This document shows, one piece after another, positions 4,505 through 6,457 of a DNA stretch of 6,457 nt. Position 1 is the stretch's first letter. Each line of letters opens with the position of its first letter. Origin of the DNA: a virus (lineage: Duplodnaviria; Heunggongvirae; Uroviricota; Caudoviricetes); IMG/VR virus record IMGVR_UViG_2563366830_000009, one strand, 5' to 3'. A model generated the notes under the pieces. It worked only from the letters and a program-made list of their open reading frames with translations, ran no database searches and was not told where the DNA came from. The position numbers and the translations under genes were made by a program.

Positions 4505-6361
4505 TTAACGCATCACCGGATCCACCTGGTTTATTAGTGGCGCAATCCAGAACAGGTTATTGCCGGGGATCGTAGTTCGTACATTATGTACAATACGATC
4601 ACCGACATCACCATTCAACACACCAGAGGTCACATCAATGATGCTGTCCGCAAGACTGAATGACGGGCCGAACAAAGAACTCACAAAGCCACGGCTGGCA
4701 TAGCGTGACTGTGTGCCGGTGCCAAATAAAGCCCCCAGCCCAACAGCACCACCAGTAGCCTTTTCAGCCATGTTGTTATATTCCATCAATGGCCCAAGAA
4801 TACCGGATCTATCTATACCCTCAAGCACCAGCTTCTCTGGTGACCAGTCAACATCCTTCCCTTTCGATGCTTCTTTAAGCGCATAGACCAGTGAGCCAAG
4901 AGCAATCTGAAATGCAGTGCCATAATAAAACTGCGCAGTTCCTTCCTGTAACCCACCAAGTAGCGCACGGTTGTATGAAGCCGTTGTGAATGATTTAAAC
5001 TGAAATATCGTTCGCCCCCATGACGTACTCGCCCATAAAGGTGTGTCACCAATACCGGGGGTGATGATAGTGTTATTAACGTCTTTCAGAACCGCTGACT
5101 GGAATACTCCGGCAACGTACTGATCGTCCCATTTATCAAAGTTACCAATGTGCCATCCATCAATTACCTCACCATGTTTCTCGAACTCACTGCGAATACG
5201 CGCAGCCATATTGTCGTTGATACCGAGTTTTGCCAGGCGGCGTGCAGGAAATGCACCGGACAAAATACCGTCTGAAATAACCATTCCGTTCATGGATTTG
5301 TTTATGTCATTAAAGCGATCCATGAGTGTCAGCTTGCCGAAGGCATCAGTAATTCGCTCCATTCCGGCTTCGACTGCTGTTGTCCTGGAAGAGCTGTCAA
5401 CAAGATCACCAATTGCACGAGAGCGTGAATGCAGTACAGTTTCCAGTCCGATACCCATCTTCAACATCTCTTCTTTGCTGGCCTTAAATGCCGGTGATTG
5501 GGATATCTGAGAAGCATAGCCTTTCATGGTGTTACGGAAACCATTAACCATAACCCCTCTGGCCAGATCTGGAATAGCTGATACTGTCATTCCACCGAGT
5601 TTGGTCGTGAAGTTCACATCCCGCAGAAAAGCGCCAGCACGAACAAAAAACGAAGACGGATCATCAGGCATCCCATATGTACCAACAAGACGATCGCGTA
5701 ATGCTGTTATGTCTCTGAGATCATTTGCTCTTGATTTTGAAAGTCTGGACTGTTCTTTCCGTAATTCCTTTTCGTACTTTCGCATTAATGAATCGAGTTT
5801 ACCCTGAGGAACAACTTCACCATTGCTCTCATAACGTGCTTTCAGATTTGCCACACTTTCGTCATATTTCGCCTTTATTTTTTCAGGCACTTCCCGTAAC
5901 AGACTGTCATATTCGTCCTCAATTAATTGCAGACGCTCAGTCATAGTTCGTTTGCCAAATGTTCTCGTCAACTCAATTTCTGCTGCCGCTTCACGGATAT
6001 GACGTTGCAGCACGTAATTCACATCACTTTCAAGATAATCCCTGATAAGACTATCAGGAACATTTAATGTTCTTTCTTTCGTACTACCTGCGGCTTTTAC
6101 AGAAAATACGCTGACAAAATCCTGTGGAACCTTAGCACCAGTAATTTTATTAATTACGATATCTGCTGCAATTTCAGCATCCTCAGGAACCAGTGTTTTA
6201 TTTCCTCTCGACCACCAGTCAACCAAAATACGTCGAAATTTATCGCGTTCACTGATTATTTTTCCAACTTTATATATGCGTGGGAAATAGCTTGCCTGGC
6301 CTAATGCTTTCAGTTCTTCATCTGGCGGCAATAAACCAAGCTTTTGCATTTCAACTTTCAC
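4505..6361 (-). CDS. Large hypothetical protein (618 aa as tracked), charged/coiled-coil-like middle and Gly-rich hydrophobic C-terminal segment; possibly a phage virion or injection/tape-measure-like protein; 5' end abuts an IS element
   Basis: Long uninterrupted ORF. The tracked start at 6361 is GTG; the first ATG is at 6349-6347, with weak SD for both. The reading frame stays open upstream into the IS end at 6378 and to the window edge. No Walker A or HExxH motif seen. The family guess is weak. Confidence 0.6.
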   Translation of the reverse strand: MKVEMQKLGLLPPDEELKALGQASYFPRIYKVGKIISERDKFRRILVDWWSRGNKTLVPEDAEIAADIVINKITGAKVPQDFVSVFSVKAAGSTKERTLNVPDSLIRDYLESDVNYVLQRHIREAAAEIELTRTFGKRTMTERLQLIEDEYDSLLREVPEKIKAKYDESVANLKARYESNGEVVPQGKLDSLMRKYEKELRKEQSRLSKSRANDLRDITALRDRLVGTYGMPDDPSSFFVRAGAFLRDVNFTTKLGGMTVSAIPDLARGVMVNGFRNTMKGYASQISQSPAFKASKEEMLKMGIGLETVLHSRSRAIGDLVDSSSRTTAVEAGMERITDAFGKLTLMDRFNDINKSMNGMVISDGILSGAFPARRLAKLGINDNMAARIRSEFEKHGEVIDGWHIGNFDKWDDQYVAGVFQSAVLKDVNNTIITPGIGDTPLWASTSWGRTIFQFKSFTTASYNRALLGGLQEGTAQFYYGTAFQIALGSLVYALKEASKGKDVDWSPEKLVLEGIDRSGILGPLMEYNNMAEKATGGAVGLGALFGTGTQSRYASRGFVSSLFGPSFSLADSIIDVTSGVLNGDVGDRIVHNVRTTIPGNNLFWIAPLINQVDPVMR

Positions 6362-6377
6362 CCGATTTAATACAGTT

Positions 6378-6457
6378 TGAACCGCCCCGGGAATCCTGGA
6401 GACTAAACTTCCTGAGAAAGAGGTAAACAGGATGACTAAAAATACTCGTTTTTCCCC
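6378..6457 (+). mobile_element. Left end of an IS3-family insertion sequence (IS629/IS1203-like): terminal inverted repeat starting TGAACCGCCCCGGG plus the first codons of orfA (MTKNTRFS from ATG 6432)
   Basis: The sequence TGAACCGCCCCGGGAATCCTGGAGACTAAACTTCCTGAGAAAGAGGTAAACAGGATGACTAAAAATACTCG matches my memory of the IS629-type left end and OrfA N-terminus (MTKNTRFSPEVRQRA...). The element continues beyond the window. Confidence 0.65.

Noticed and set aside
4813-5946. Several 70-120 aa ORFs (4813..5052 minus, 5148..5510 plus, 5526..5807 plus, 5725..5946 plus) within the 618-aa gene region
   Set aside because: All are nested in or antisense to the long uninterrupted 618-aa frame; typical shadow ORFs.

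Overview
Mosaic accessory region, prophage- or island-like, coded almost entirely on the minus strand, with AT-rich genes interleaved with GC-rich palindromic junctions. The right edge (6378 to end) is the left end of an IS3-family element (IS629/IS1203-like), inserted 17 bp upstream of a 618-aa ORF. The left 1.4 kb holds two near-identical 224-bp direct repeats (1-224 and 1176-1399), each carrying a strong sigma70-like promoter and a short signal-peptide ORF, flanking a two-gene module whose second gene looks like a YafO-family toxin. A second module encodes a ~108-aa protein plus a DUF2335-like two-TM protein, and a third is an overlapping pair: a 168-aa unknown and an ORF6N (KilA-N superfamily) protein. 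The most striking signal is a palindromic operator-like motif TTACC-N5-GGTAA at four sites (1099-1113, 2241-2255, 3828-3842, 3921-3935), each overlapping a -10-like hexamer upstream of a different module. This suggests a small co-regulated set of toxin/effector-like modules with one shared repressor. A ~270-bp hairpin-rich segment (3560-3830) with an intrinsic terminator on the minus strand is either an sRNA or an attenuator leader. Family assignments come from remembered motifs, not searches; no rRNA, tRNA or CRISPR was seen.
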